Source: Camelus dromedarius (taxonomy: Eukaryota). From it: a stretch of 64,000 nt of DNA. The position numbers were made by a program, and so were the translations under genes. Shown in pieces: positions 49,122-62,604 of this stretch (position 1 is the stretch's first letter; each line of letters starts with the position of its first letter). Below the pieces are notes generated by a model. The model had not been told where the DNA came from. It saw only the letters and a list, made by a program, of their open reading frames with translations, and ran no database searches. The stretch covers positions 114,206,001-114,270,000 of the forward strand of contig NC_087436.1 of assembly GCF_036321535.1 (NCBI RefSeq). Direction: 5' to 3'.

Positions 49122-51554
49122 GGGCACCCCGCAAATTAGCAAAAAGCTACGTCTGGAACCAGCCTCCTAAGAAAAGTCGACTGTCCTTTCTGGCATTGCC
49201 GAGGTAAATTCCAGCCTAGGCCCTGAACAAGGCTCCCTGGTAAGTTTAGGAAGAAAGTATGCGTGTGCCTGAAACCGTCCAGTGTGTCCTGAGTGTCCTC
49301 CCACCTTTGTCACTGATCTCTTTACCTGAGAATTCAGTGGGCGCGGTTTGCATTGGGAGGAAAGAGAATCCTCAGTAGGAGTGCTTACCACCTTAGAGAA
49401 AAAGGTGCAAGAGGGCAGGCTATGCCCCAACACAGGGACGAGTGGAGATTGAAACCCTGCCTTTAACGCACAGTGACCTCACCCACTAGTAAACATGTCC
49501 CAGTGAGTGGTAAGCTTGTACCAATCACACTGGCCATTCCTCTCCCCTGGGGCAGAGCGATTGAGAGATTAGGCAGGGGGCCTCCTTAGTGTTCCTCAAG
49601 AAGGAAAAAGGACCGAAGTCTCCTAATCTTTCAAAAGATATTGCAATATAAAGAAATGGACAGCAGCATGCCTTCTCTCCACAAAGCCGAGAAGAGGGAG
49701 GCGAACTCTGAGGACTAGTCAAAAAACAAACAAACAAACAAAACAGCAGGGAGTGTGAGACCACAGGCAGAGAGGAGCAAGAAAGACTGAGGGACAGCTC
49801 GTTCACTGCCGCCTTTGCCTCTTGGGAAGCTGGCCTGTCTCTTAGCGCAGCTGTGGTGGGTGAGGCAGAGTTGGGTCCACAAGAGAATACAGAGGCATCA
49901 TCAGAGAAGCAGATGCTAAATGGTTCTTAGAACGAGGCAGGAGCTGAGATGTGAGCCAAGTGGGAGGCAGGGAACCAGAAAAAGGAGGGAGACCACCAGA
50001 GAGGACAAAAGGGAGGCGGCGGGACCTCACTCTGGATGCGGCCTCCTTCCCGTGCAGGTGGACTGAGACCTCCCCCGGAGGGCTCAAGCTAGGGTGGGAT
50101 GGACGGTGTCCAAACGAGGCTTAATGACCTCCTTGCTTTGGCTTCTTTGTTCTAGAAAGGCATGTACAGCTGCCTCAGTATGCTCAGGAAAGGGTCTCCT
50201 TTTGTTGTGGCAGGTGCTGCAGGAATTCAGAGCAGCTGATGTTTTATCACATCATGAGCCTGCAGGGAGCCCTGGGAGGTCGGAAAGCCCAGGTCGGTGC
50301 CCCTCACATCTGGTTCATCAGTTGAACAGTGCTCCAGATCAGAAATACCTTAGAAAGCATGTTTATGGTTTCAAGGGTGGTATAATTTCATTGGAGAAAA
50401 TGGGAAGCACGGCAGTAAAGCATACAGGAAAGAAAAAAAAAGCAAACAGACAAAACAATAATCTCTAATCTTACCTTCACCCCGTGGGAGCTGCTGTCAA
50501 CATTTCAGCAGAGAACCTACTGCTCTCTTACTCAATTTCTCTTCAACTCTCACCTGTTGGGTACAGGTGTCTGTGTGAGTCTGTATGTGTGTTGTAAATA
50601 TACAACATGTAGGTGGGACTTTTCCTGTTACTTCAGAATTAGCACAAAAGAATGTGAACAAAGAGACCTTAAGTGCTACACAGTCTAAATAGAGCCAAGC
50701 ACCCCTCTCAAGCTTTACCGAGAAGTGGCCAAACTGGCTCTGCTGCCATCAGCCATTACCCAGCACATTTGCACCTCCCTTCCCACCTACCAAAGACTGA
50801 GGAGAGGAGAAAGGGGCAGCATGTCTGTTGAGCGGAAATGCTGGGCTGTAGCATATTCAACAGCTAAACAGGGTGTTGATGAGACATAGAAGGGGCTTTC
50901 CAGGGAAATAACTCATAAATGTTGAGAACACTTCCATGAAAGGAATCCTAACACCACATTCCTTGGTTGGACACCTCATGAGACAGCAGCTTTATTGATT
51001 TGCTCTGTTCCTGCCAAACCAGGAAAACAGAACATTAGTAACAGAGCAGGGCAGAGAGAGGACATCCATGGAGTAGCCATGGAATTGTCACAGCAAAGAC
51101 TCATCAACTTTCTGAAGGTCAAGTGGCTACTGCAAGAGATAGCCTTGACCCATCTTTCCAGCTCTCCACATGCAAAAGAGTGGGTTGCCAAGGAAGAGGA
51201 CCCGAGAAGCAGCAGGCTGAGGGTGACATTCCAAGGGAATAGCTAAGGGAAAGTTGGAAGTTGTCAACTGGAGTTAGATCCTCAGCAATTGGGAGGCCCC
51301 TGAAGAGCAACCTGAGAAAATTGACAATGTACCGACCAGGAGAGAGCCATGAAAGGGGGAATCCACCATGGAGTGTGAACCAAAGAAACGATGATAACTA
51401 AGAGTGAACTGCAACAGCAGCCAGCTCAATAAGCAATGCTTGTCCTTGCCCTCTTTCTCCTCCACTCCCCGACACACCAGCCGCCCATTGCCTACATGAA
51501 GGAGCAAAGAGGATTGTTCCCAGAGAAAGAAAGGAGGAGAAAGTAAAGAGCAGG

Positions 51555-53165
51555 CTAATAGCAATCAGACAAGAAAAAGAAATAAAAGAAATCCAAATTG
51601 AACAGGAAAAAGTAAAACTGTCAGTGATTGCAGATAACATGATACTCTATATAGAAAACCTAAAGACCCCACCAAAAAAAAAAAAAATTAGGATAAATGA
51701 ATTCAGTAAAGTTGCAGGATACAAAATTAATCTTTTGCATTTCTACACACTAATAACTATCAGAAAGATAAATTGAAAAACAGTATCCTTTATAATTGCT
51801 TCAAAAAGAATAGAATACCCAGGAATAAAGCTAACCAAGAAGATGAAAGACTTGAACTCTGAAAACTATAAGATGTTGATGAAACAAACTGAAGATGACA
51901 CAGACGGAAAGATACTGTCCTCGTGGATTGGAAGAATTAACAGTTGAAATGTCCATACTACCCAAGGCAATCTACAGATTCAACACAATTTCTATCAAAA
52001 TTCCAATGGCAATTTTCACAAACTAAAGAAAGTAATCCTACAATTTGTATGGAGCCACAAAAGAGCCCAAATAGCTGAAGCAATGTTGAAAAAAAAACAA
52101 ACAAAAAAAAAAACAAAGAACAAAGCTGGAGGTAACACAATTCCTGATTTCAAACATTACTACAAAGCTGCAGTAATCAAAACAGGATGGTATTGGTACA
52201 AAAATAGATATATGGATCAGTGGAACAGAATAAAGAGCCCAGACATAAACCAACAGACATTGAGTCAATAATATTGGCAAGAACATACAATGGAGTGAAA
52301 ATAGTCTCTTCAGCAAATGGAACTGGGAAGACTGGACAGCTACAAAAGAATGAAACTGGACTGCTTTCTCATACCACATCAAAAATAAACTCAAAGTGGA
52401 TTAAGGACTTAAATGTACGATCTGAAACCATAAAGCTTCTAGGAAAAAATATAGGCAATATGCTTTTTGATATTGGTCTTAGCAATATTTTTTGGATGTC
52501 TCCTCAGACAAGGGCAGCAAATGCAAAAATAAATAAATGGGACTGTATCAAACTAAAAGGCTTTTGCTCAGTGAAGGAAACCATTAGCAAAATGAAAAGA
52601 AAGTCCACTGAATGGGAGAAGATATTTGCAAATGACGTAAGCAATAAGGTGTTAATATCCAAAGTTACATAAAGAACTCATAAACTCAATAGCAAAAAAC
52701 AAAGAGACAAATAATCTGATTTTAAAATGGGCAGACAATGAATGTATGTATGTTCAGGTATAACTGAAAAATTGTGCTCTACACTGGAATTTGACACAAC
52801 ATTGTAAAATGACTATAACTCAATAAAAAAAAAGTTTAAAAAAAATAAATGAATAGTGAAAAATAAAATAAAATAAAATAATAGGCAGAGGATCTGAATA
52901 GGCATTTTTCCAAAGATGACATATAGATGGACAACAGACACAAAAAGATGCTCAATATCACTTACCATCAAGGAAATATCAAAACTACAATTATCACCTC
53001 ACACCTGTCAGAATGGCTATTATCAAAAAGAAAAGAAATGACAAGTGTTGACAAGGATGTGGAGAAAAGGGAACCCTCGTGCACTGTTACTGGGATTGTC
53101 AGTTGATGCAGCCATTATGGAAAACAGTATCGAACTTCCTAAAAAAATTAGAAATAGAGCTACAT
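51555..53165 (+). mobile_element. L1 ORF2 internal fragment (RT motif to C-terminus), degenerate, lacking the 3' UTR
   Basis: AIRQEKEIKEIQIE..VKLSVIADNMILYIEN (decayed FADD motif); ORFs 52083-52271 ([17 protein letters not shown]) and 52220-52672 (INKWDCIKLKGFC). Confidence 0.95.
52736..52879 (+). mobile_element. 144-bp 3' end of the youngest L1 family nested in an older L1
   Basis: Matches 30821-30920; TSD AATGGGCAGA (52726-52735) / AATAGGCAGA (52880-52889). Confidence 0.9.
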
Positions 53166-53379
53166 GAAGATGCATGACTATTCTCAAAGGATTTTTTCCT
53201 AAGCCTACATATAGTTGTCCATAGACCATCCCAGAACCCTCTGGAATAAATGTTAATAAGCATAATGTAAGCAGAATTGATGGCCTCCGTTTACCTTTCT
53301 ACACTGATCTTTAAGAATGATGGTGGGGAGGCACAGAGCGTCCTTCAACAGCTATTGCACAATCAAGATCAATGTTAAC

Positions 53380-53610
53380 AACGTTAATCAAGGTACTCAT
53401 GACCGAGCAATTATTCAAGCTAGCCATGGTTCTATTATTGGACTCTTATGACCAAAGCACTTTAGGAGAGGTACTTTTAATATCTGCACTTCACAGATGA
53501 AGAAACAAGATTAGGGGAGTTGAATGACTTGCCCAGCAGTCCTCAAATGGTAAGTGGAGGAGCCTGCTCTTGAGCTGACTCCAGGACCCACACTCTTGGC
53601 TGTGTTTTAT
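53380..53610 (-). mobile_element. MIR SINE
   Basis: CACTTCACAGATGAAGAAAC..TGAATGACTTGCCCA..GGTAAGTGG..TGACTCCA. Confidence 0.8.
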
Positions 53611-54389
53611 GCCTCAAATCCCATCTCACTGTCGAAGCAAAAGTAGTACTGGCTCTCAGTCATTAAGCCCTGTTGATTACATCCTACCTTCCTTGGTGCT
53701 TATAGATGTATAAAACGTGGCTTTACTCTACACTAGTACACGAGAAATTCCACATCGTTTCACTCGTCTAAATCAAGTCTCAGTTGGAGCCCCCAGCGGA
53801 CAGAGTGGCGGGAAGCTCAACAGCAGTTATTGTTGGGGACCCCTCCCCTTCTCTAGCACTGTACATGTGCCCCTCATCCATCTTGGTCTAGAACATTTGG
53901 GGACAGGATCCTCTAGTCTACATTCTGTCCATGTCATCCCTGAACTCTGCTGCCCACAGTCAAGCCTCCTTAGACTTGGCCACATCCCATCAAGGACAAT
54001 ACATCAAGCAGTGCCCAAGCTTCTGCCCTTTCAGAAGCCCCCAAACTCCTTTTCTTCTCCAACTCAAATAAATACCCAGTACCAGCATATAAGCCAGTGT
54101 TTAAGCTTTCCACTGTGAGGATGTCCTTTAAGAGCTGTTTCAGGAGGTTGGACATACCAAGGGGCTCTTCAGTCAACCATGGATAGAGAAAGGAAAAAAT
54201 ACATGTGCTGAGCAGCTACAGAGTCAGACACTTTGCAACATCGTGTTCTATTTCCTCTACAAAACTGCCAGGTAGAAATTACTATAATTAGCTTTTATGA
54301 TTAATAAATAAAAGGTCAAAGTCTCCAAATCATATTATTCTATTTTATTCTTGGGAGATGACCTGGTGAAAACTTGTAGCTCAACTTAA

Positions 54390-54620
54390 TAACCATCACC
54401 ATTTCTTGAGCTCTCACTCTGCACCAAGGCATTGCACTAAGCACTTCATCTCCACTCATTCCCATAACAACTCTATAACCTATTTCTTTTTCTCAGTCTA
54501 AGGTATGAGAATCACTGGAGCTTAGAGAAGCCATGTCATTTGCCCAAGGTTGTCACACATCTAGGGGATGATGGACCCTGGATGAGAAACCGAATTCTGA
54601 TGCTTAACCAGTGCCCATCA
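54390..54620 (-). mobile_element. MIR SINE
   Basis: ATTTCTTGAGC..GGCATTGCACTAAGCAC..GCTTAGAGAAG..TTTGCCCAAGG. Confidence 0.75.
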
Positions 54621-55249
54621 CAGCTCTCCTCAGGACTTTACCATGGAGGTGCAGCTCCAGCGGGGCTGCACTGAGGGAGAGGTGAGTGGATAAAGCAAGC
54701 AAGGAGGAAGAGCTGGTGTCCTGAAGCTCTCTCGACCTTACCACTCACAAGAGCATCTCACAGGAGTGAATCACAGAACAAAAGGGCAGAAACCTTGCTT
54801 GCTTTGTTCCACAAACCACACTCTGCAGAATGAGAATAATTATTAGTCATCTGTGAGCCTTGTGATGCTGGTGGCTTAGTCATTCAGTAAGTATTGTAAA
54901 TCATGCATTCCTAAGCTTCTAGGGAGAGCCTCAAGCCACCTACAGAATCCTTAAACAAGCACCAGCTTCTCAGATTTCCCCAGGCAGGGGGTGGCTGCAG
55001 ACATACTCTGCAGAAACCCTGCATTCTTCTTATTAAGAGCTGGAGAGCTTTTGGTCAATAGCATTGTGAGAAGTCACTCAGCAGAATGCACAGGATTTCC
55101 TCCCCTGCTTTCCACAAAGTTCCTTTACATCAGGACAAATTAATCCAAGCCATTTTTAAGTCTTCCTTGTGGCACAGGAATTTCAATCTCAGTTATGTTT
55201 GAAGGGAAGGAAAAAAAAGACTGAAAAGAAATAGACCCAACTATGCATA

Positions 55250-55372
55250 GTAGTTGCTTTGAGAAGTAACTCAAAGGTCAATTCTTTTTCTTTCTATGTT
55301 TTTGGCATTTTCCAAAATGTTTATAATGAGCACATATTTCTCTTAGAATGGAGAAAAACAATAAAAAAAAAT
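55250..55372 (+). mobile_element. Old L1M(C/E) extreme 3' end
   Basis: TTTTCCAAAATG..ATAATGAGCACATATTTC..AATAAAAAAAA. Confidence 0.55.
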
Positions 55373-55719
55373 CACTGATGTATTATTTGATTGATTATTC
55401 TTATTAATTCAGTTCTACCTATAATTAATCCATATCACAGCCGGTGGCAGCAATAATACAAATGTTTGAGAATGAACCCCACTGGCACAGCTTGATATTC
55501 CAAGCCTCCCTTCATCTTATCAAGCCTACTTCCCAATCCAAACTTCCCTCTCGTCCTTAAGACAATGACACACAAAGAACACTTCACACACACGATGACA
55601 CTTCAAAGAGCCTGCCCTGGCCTTTCTGCCTCCCTGCTTTTGCGGAACTGATTTCTCTTCCCAGTGTGCCTCTCTTCCTTTACACCAGCTCTCTCTGGCT
55701 GTCTGTATCAAAAAGCTCA

Positions 55720-55900
55720 GCCCAACGTTATTGCTATAGAGTGATCTAAAGCAAGAGATTTCACTTCTCAGTGTTTCAGTTTCCACATTTCTCTAAAATG
55801 GAAATCACCATTTCTACCTCGTATTTTTCTCGTTAATATTATACAAAAGTATCTATGTCAAGTGTCTGGCACGTAGAAATCACTTAATTCATGGTAATTG
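55720..55900 (+). mobile_element. MIR SINE
   Basis: CAAGAGATTTCACTTCTCAGTGTTTCAGTTTCC..TAAAATGG..AGTGTCTGGCACGTAG. Confidence 0.8.
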
Positions 55901-58389
55901 AATTAACAGGTACTGTTGCAATGATGGCAGACTCTCACAGATAAGGATGTATAGTTGTATGATTTTAGGTAACTTGTCTCTGTAAAAAAGCACAAATTAA
56001 GAAGCTAGTCAAAAATAAAAGAGCATTCTTCCTACATAGCAGTAGAGCTTTATCAACTTTGATCAGAAAGGCTTTGGAAAACTACCTACAGCGTCACTGG
56101 AAGGCTTCACACGCAAAGCAAAGAACATCAGAAAATAAGATGGAAATTTTCCTCGTCCTCTCCCTTCCCTACCTCAAAAGGAGGAATTGGTTGTGTTTTT
56201 AAACAGGCTTCTGTACTTTTTCAAAAGCCAGCTAGATACCAGTCCATCCTCACAGCTGAATAAGCACAATTAAGATGAAAGATGTATCCTGGGGGCAGCG
56301 TAACCTGCAATCCAGCTGCCCCTCAAGCTTGTGTAACTTCTCTTGTTTGGTGAGAACAGGGGAGGGGATGGAGTGTCCTGTATCCTACGTCGTGCAGAGT
56401 TAGCAGCCTCAAAGTTCATTTTGAAAGGAGAGCCACAAAGCCTATGAAACCTTCCTGAATTTCTTTTGAAACTTGCCTATTCAAAAAATCCATGGTTATA
56501 ATGGTACTGAAGATCCTTGGGCTCAGTTCTTACAGAGAAACCAGCCTGCTCCATAGACAAGCAAAGAAATCCTCTTCCTGCAAACTGCAAAAGCAGTCAC
56601 TCTTAAAACAAATAAAAATAAAATACTGCATAAGCCACATCATCTTATAGGTAGATGCTGTAAGGGAAAGGTGCTTAAGGGAATAATGAGTGGAGGAGAA
56701 ACCCAGGTGAAAGTTGAGCATAACATTTGTAGAATATCTTTTGATTCAGTGAGAAGCAGCATGCTTGACAAATTTTCTTCCAAATCTAGTAAATTATTCA
56801 TTTATTTAACAAACACTCAACGATGAACTACTTTTCATTTGCTTTTTAATTTATTCATTCAATAAACATTCACTGAGCACAGAACAGATAACACGTATTG
56901 CCCTGTGTGTTATGAAGAATATGAATAGCACATGTGGACACTTGTTGAGTGACTGCAATACACCATGAATTGCCTTACATAACATAGCTGGTTAGTACAT
57001 AGCCCCAGTTTGTATGCAGGATCCTGACCTACAACCCATGCCCTTGACCATATGCTATATTGCCTCCCCAAGATGTGAGATATCCAGATGTTAACATAGA
57101 TAAGGTACTACTCCAAAAGATCCATGAGAAAGGATTCCATTTTAAGGACTAGCTAACAGACTCAAGCAAGGCAGTTATTTTGGAGTTTCTAAGTTCTTCT
57201 GTCCATCTTGGGAAACTGTTGATATGATTACAGCCCTGCAAGTCTAGACAAGAGATTTGAGGAAAGGTTCCTCTTTCACTGAAAAATTTGCCTATAGGGT
57301 CTGACACACAGTACACATGAGTGCATTACACTATTGATTGCAGTAGCTCTTCATAATCCATAAAATGCCATTGAACAGAGACCTACCTTCCTAGTAGCTT
57401 TCCATGATCTATAATACATACCCTGCTGGATAAACAGAGACCCCTTGAGTAGTTCTCCATATCCGTAAGACTCTACTGGCATAAACAGAATCCTCTCTAC
57501 AAGGCATTCAATTGCCTTCATGATCCAGCTCCTTCCTCACCTTCCACCCATTCTAAACACACGTCTTCTCTTCCAGCTCTACCAAACTCCTCGCTAGTCT
57601 CTAAATGCAATACTGAACTGCTCAGGCTTCAGACATCTTACTCTCCCCACTTGGGTTAAACTAGGCCATTGGCCTTCCTACAGGTTGATATTCTTAAATA
57701 ATTTTCAATATGTATTGGCATCAGTGAAGAGAAAATATTTTTCTATTAATGAAAATGTTAAGAACTTTCTTCTTTAGGTCAGTGAATAATGTGTCACTTA
57801 CCAATTCACCTTCTTTAAACTCCTTTAAAAGAAAATGCTGTTCCTGTAAGCATAGCAGTGACCAAGGAGAATCTACTCAATGTTTCATGGAGAAGGTTGG
57901 GGAGGGCATTTATATCACATAGAACATAGAATGCAGCACATCAGTAGGACCAGCACCATTCTACAGCCTGGACGTACAGTCATCCTTTCTTAGTCATAGC
58001 AGGGCTGGGTCCTTTCCCAGCTCTTGGTCTTGTCCCCATTCCCACTACAATGGCACTCCTGGCCCCCTCTCTTTCCAACGCAGAGCAGTGAACTCTGTTC
58101 ACCTTCTACTCGCCAAATGCACTTACTCCTGCTACATTAATGATGAAAATTGTGTTTATGACTAGTAAAGAGGAATTCTAATGTTTTATAATATGTCAAA
58201 TTCAAAATAAGGGTTTTATTATATACATTGAATAATAGGGAGACCAAGTTACATTCCTCCAAATACAGCAGTCACTGCATATAGAAATGAAAGTCAACAG
58301 ATACCTTATTTCAGTTTATTCTAGAGATATTTTGTGCCTGTCATAGACTAGGACTTGCTTAGCTGCCTTGTATCTTTATCCAGATTTGT

Positions 58390-58670
58390 ACCTGGCAAAT
58401 TCCTGCATACTACAAGATTTAGCTGGATTAAACATTGCCTCTCTGGGAGGTCTGGCCTAACTCTACCCAACCCTAACCACCCTCCAGTCTCCTCTCAATG
58501 TTCTCCAAATTTCATGTAGACCTCAATACCACAATTATTTACAGTATCTACCAATATTGATATTTATCAATTTGTCTGTCTGCCTCAGTAGGCTGTGAGC
58601 TCCAGAACAAAGATTTTTGTCTGATTCATCTCTGATTCTGCATAGTCCCAGAATAGAAATGAAAATAAAG
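58390..58670 (+). mobile_element. L2 3' region
   Basis: TTTGTCTGTCTGCCTCAGTAGGCTGTGAGCTCC..TGATTCATCTCTG. Confidence 0.7.
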
Positions 58671-59549
58671 TCTGTTTTAAAAAAGGTAAATCGAACAATT
58701 AGCTCCCTTCCAACTGCTATTTAGATAGACGCATACCTACTTACATGCACAAATATAAAGATGTATACATACATATGTATGTGTATACAAATACACACAC
58801 ACACTTAATCCTGATTCTAGCTCAAATTGACAGCTAATTGACTTTGATGGCAAAACCTGCCCAATATTTCCCACTTTTAACCCAGGAAAAGGAAGCTGTC
58901 TTGACCCAGTCCCAAGAACAGAATTCTCTGTAGGTGGGAGAAATATGAAGGCGAGAAAACAGGAGGTGATTTGTAAGAGAAAAGGAAGCACATGGCAAGT
59001 TGAAATCCCCAAGGTTCCTAAACTGGTAGTTAATTGGATCCAGTGTTCCGAGACCTTAATTTCAAACGAGGTCTTTGGGAAAAACAGTCAGTTATTCTCC
59101 CTCAGGCAAAATGAAAGCCCTTTTCCTTAACTCTGAGACCTAACAAAGCTCCCAACTTCAGCCTTAATCCTTGTGCACTCGGAGTAAGGCTGCACCTTGG
59201 GGGCTTTCGGAGGCAGGCTCTGAGCTTCACTGCCTCCTGCTGCTCCTGCACGCCAGCTTATCTGCAAACCCCTACAGGTATTCTTTAAGTCAAAGCTCTC
59301 TGCATAAAAACACCAGAATTCCAGGATGCAAGCCCTTGCCAACCTACCCAAGGCCATATGTGGCCCCCAGGTCTTGATCTGGAGCCAAGGTCCAGAATGA
59401 CTCTCCATCTCCTACAGCAATTTGCTTTGTCCTTTATTATCATTCCCTTATTCCCTCTTGCTTTAGAAGGCCTTCATTCATTCACTCATTTATTCAAAAG
59501 TAAGTATTGATTGAATGTTTACTATGTGTTAGGGCTGAGACAGAATAAT

Positions 59550-59738
59550 AATAATAACAGTAACTGACATGTATTGAACTTACGATGCACTGTAACAAAA
59601 ATTAGATAAAAAGAAAACAAAATCTGTATCATTCTGTACCTCATTTAATCCTCACAAAAGTCCTACGGGGTAGGGACTATTAGCATTGCCACTTTATAAA
59701 TGAGGAAACAAGGAACAGAGCGAGTGAATAATTTGCTG
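59550..59738 (-). mobile_element. MIR SINE
   Basis: CTCATTTAATCCTCACAA..CCACTTTATAAATGAGGAAAC. Confidence 0.85.
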
Positions 59739-59739
59739 A

Positions 59740-60600
59740 AGCAGTTTAGGATAATTTTACCTGCAAGTAACAGAAAAATCAACTCAGCGTGGCTTAAACA
59801 CTGAGGGAAACACATTACCTAACACAACAGGAAAAACAGAGTGAGGCAGCTCCAGGATTGGTGAATTCAGGAACTTCATACCTATGCTCAGAGCTGCAAC
59901 AAGGTTACAGTAATTTCAATGATTCATCCGGACACAGTAATCCAATGATAAGACGAGAGCACATCTTTTCTTAGTGCCATGTTAGTTTCCTAGGGCGGCT
60001 ATAACTAATTACTGCAAAAAAGGTGACTTAAAACAAATGTATTCCTTCAGTTTGGGAAGTCAAAAGTCTGAAATCAAGGTGTCAGCAGGGCCATGCTCTC
60101 CCTGAAGGCTCTGGAAAAGGATACTTTCTTGCCTTTTCCTGACTTCCGGTGGTTGCCAGCAGACCTCAGTGTCCCTTGGCTTGCAGGCTTATCACTCTAC
60201 CTTCTGCCTCTGAGAGATGGTTTTCCCTGTGTGTGTGTTCCTCTGTCTCTTTTCCTCTTTTTATAAGGACACTAGTCATGTTGGATTTAGGGCTGTCTCA
60301 CTCAGGATGACCTCAGCTTAACATGATTACATTTGCAGATACCCTATTTCCAAATAAGGTCACATTCACAAGTGTGGGGGTTGGGACAAAATCCAGCTCA
60401 CAGCAGTGCCTTATATTAAGAGCTAGAAAACCTTTCCTGAAAGCCCACTAGTCAACTTCTTATATCTCATTGCTCAGAACTGCATCGTGCTCCCAAGCTT
60501 AAGCCAATCACCACCAAGGGGAATGGGGGTGATCAGCATAGACCATTCAAGACTTATCCTAGGGTATGGAAAAGGGATCAATCTCCCCAAAGCAATATGT
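59740..60600 (-). mobile_element. Old MLT1 (J/K-type) LTR split by MLT1C
   Basis: CTGCAAGTAACAGAAAA..GTGGCTTAAAC; resumes at 60411 (TCTCATTGCTCAGAACTG..CCAATCAC). Confidence 0.7.
59979..60405 (-). mobile_element. MLT1C-type LTR nested in an older MLT1
   Basis: TTAGTTTCCTAGGGCGGCT..TCAAGGTGTCAGCAGGGCCATGCTC..CCCTATTTCCAAATAAGGTCACATTCACA; perfect 5-bp TSD GTGCC (59974-59978 / 60406-60410). Confidence 0.92.
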
Positions 60601-60802
60601 TGCTAGAAGAGGAGAGTAGATACTTGAACGTCATTAAGGAAGGAAAAAAACTGATGAAATTGGTGTCTCTAGGAAAAATAACCCAATGGTGTCTGCTACA
60701 CTTGCCCGTGGTCCCACATGAATATCTGATTCCAGAGCCTGAGATCTATGAGCTTTCAAATCTCCATTTGAACACCTGCTATCACATCATACCTTACATT
60801 CT

Positions 60803-60977
60803 TTTATTTTTTATGTTTGTTTTATTTTTCATTTTTATTTATTTATTTTTTTTATTTTTGAAGGGGGAGGTAATTAGGTTTACTTATTTATTTTTAAAGG
60901 CGGTACTGGGGATCGAACCCAGGACCTTGTGTGTGCTGAGCATGCGCTCTACCACTGGAGCTATATACCCTCCCACT
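60803..60977 (-). mobile_element. tRNA-derived SINE (camelid Vic-1 type), full length
   Basis: Minus strand GGGAGGGTATATAGCTCCAGTGGTAGAGCGCATG..GGGTTCGATCCCCAGTACC..AAACCTAATTACCTCCCCC plus A-tail; 14-bp TSD ATACCTTACATTCT / ATTCCTTACATTCT. Confidence 0.93.
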
Positions 60978-60999
60978 ATTCCTTACATTCTGTAAGCCT

Positions 61000-61180
61000 C
61001 TGTGCTGCAGACTTTATAGTTATCTTCTCCTTTAACCCATATCACAGTCCAATGAGGTGTACACAATTATTGTCCCCACTTCAGACATGGTAAACTGAGG
61101 CATCAAGCCCAAGGTTGCATGGCTCTTGGCAGCAGATGTTTCTGAAACACAGCAGTCTGTGAGAAATTCAAAGCCAAAGG
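61000..61180 (-). mobile_element. MIR SINE
   Basis: TTATTGTCCCCACTTCAGACATGGTAAACTGAGGC..GCCCAAGGT. Confidence 0.8.
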
Positions 61181-61689
61181 CCACATTGAACTCATTTTTG
61201 TAAACCCATCACCCAGTACCATGTCTGGTATAGAAAAAAATGTTTGGCACATGTTTGCTACATGATTACCTTGCTCTTCCCTCACAGAATATCCTTTATC
61301 AGTTTTCAAGAGGACATTTGGACTTCAGTTTCTGCAAAACATTCGTTTCTCTTTCAGTGGGTCCACCATCATGACTAAGACATTCTTACTTGCACATCTA
61401 AATGGAACTTTGTTCCTTTGATCAGTGGAAATTAACTTTTAAGCTGAGGTCCTTGGCTCCTCTTGGCTTGTTTGAGCCTTAAAAACACCCCCGGCTCAGA
61501 GATGGGCAGTCAGTTGTTTTTCTTGGAGAAGAAATCGCCACTGTGTAATTCATCCCCCAGATTCCTTACGATGAGAGCTGTCACTGGACAGCTATGTGTT
61601 CCATGACCAGGGAAGAGGCAGGAAAGCATGGATGGGGCAGAGCCTGGAAGGGAAGCTTCAGATGCTTCTTTTGTAAAGTAAGTAAGAAG

Positions 61690-61860
61690 ACTGAGCACTG
61701 GTCTCAGACAGACTGGATCCTTTCTTAGTTCAGCAGCTAAACAGCCTGGCTCACGAACTTGGGCAAGTCACTTCCCTCTTCAAGACTCATTTTCCTCATT
61801 CTGTGAAGTGAAGGGGTTATACTGGATTACATTTAAGTCCTCTTTAGCCATGACATTCAA
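61690..61860 (+). mobile_element. MIR/MIR3 SINE
   Basis: ACTTGGGCAAGTCACTTCCCTCT..CTCATTTTCCTCAT. Confidence 0.8.
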
Positions 61861-62399
61861 AGCTTGGAAGTCATGTTTCCCTAGGTTTCCTATGAGCATT
61901 TCAACTCCACTTCTCTCTCTGCCTTTCTTCCAGGTCCATTTGTTGATTCATGGATCTGGGTGGTGACAATGACTTGAAGGATAATAAGTTAAAATTATGC
62001 TCTCACTGAACAGTTTGGTTGAAAACTGCTTTCATGATCACTGTCTTGATTATTTTTTTTATGACAGCCTTATGAAGGTGCTAATTTTCCCATTTTTAAA
62101 AATCAAGAAATTGGAAAATGATGGGGTTTGCCAAAGATTACTCAGCTAATAAGTGACAAATCTGGACCTGAAGTCAGGTGTTTATTACGTTAGAGTGTGA
62201 CTCATCAGCACACAGAATCTCACAGCACACAGGGCTCCTCTCCTTCACCAACAATGGGACAACCCTGGCTCCACATTCATCCTGAGTAGGTGAGAGTGTA
62301 GACAAAACCATTAGCTTGGATCACAATTCCTTTGTTATCTTAGAATTAGGCTACAATTCATCCACAAGGAATCCAGCATAAGGAAAAACTGTCTGAAAG

Positions 62400-62500
62400 C
62401 AAAGTTGTCTGGAAGACAATGGGTTGCTTTGAGAGAGAGTGAGCTACCCATCAGAGACAATATGCAAGCATAGGGTAAGTGACCTCCTCATGGGACCACA
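62400..62500 (+). mobile_element. CR1/L3-like 3' fragment
   Basis: AATGGGTTGCTTTGAGAG..AGTGAGCTACCCATCA..CAAGCATAGG resembles the L3 3' end. Confidence 0.5.
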
Positions 62501-62604
62501 GGAATCAGACTTTGGATAAGAAAATGCATTCAATCTTTTGTGAGATGTCATTTGCACTGAGTTGATTTGGAGACTTGTTCTGAGCTTGTCTGGAGATTCT
62601 TTTC

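Noticed and set aside
56292..56322. 8-bp stem GGGGCAGC/GCTGCCCC
   Set aside because: Short stem with a 15-nt loop; chance level.
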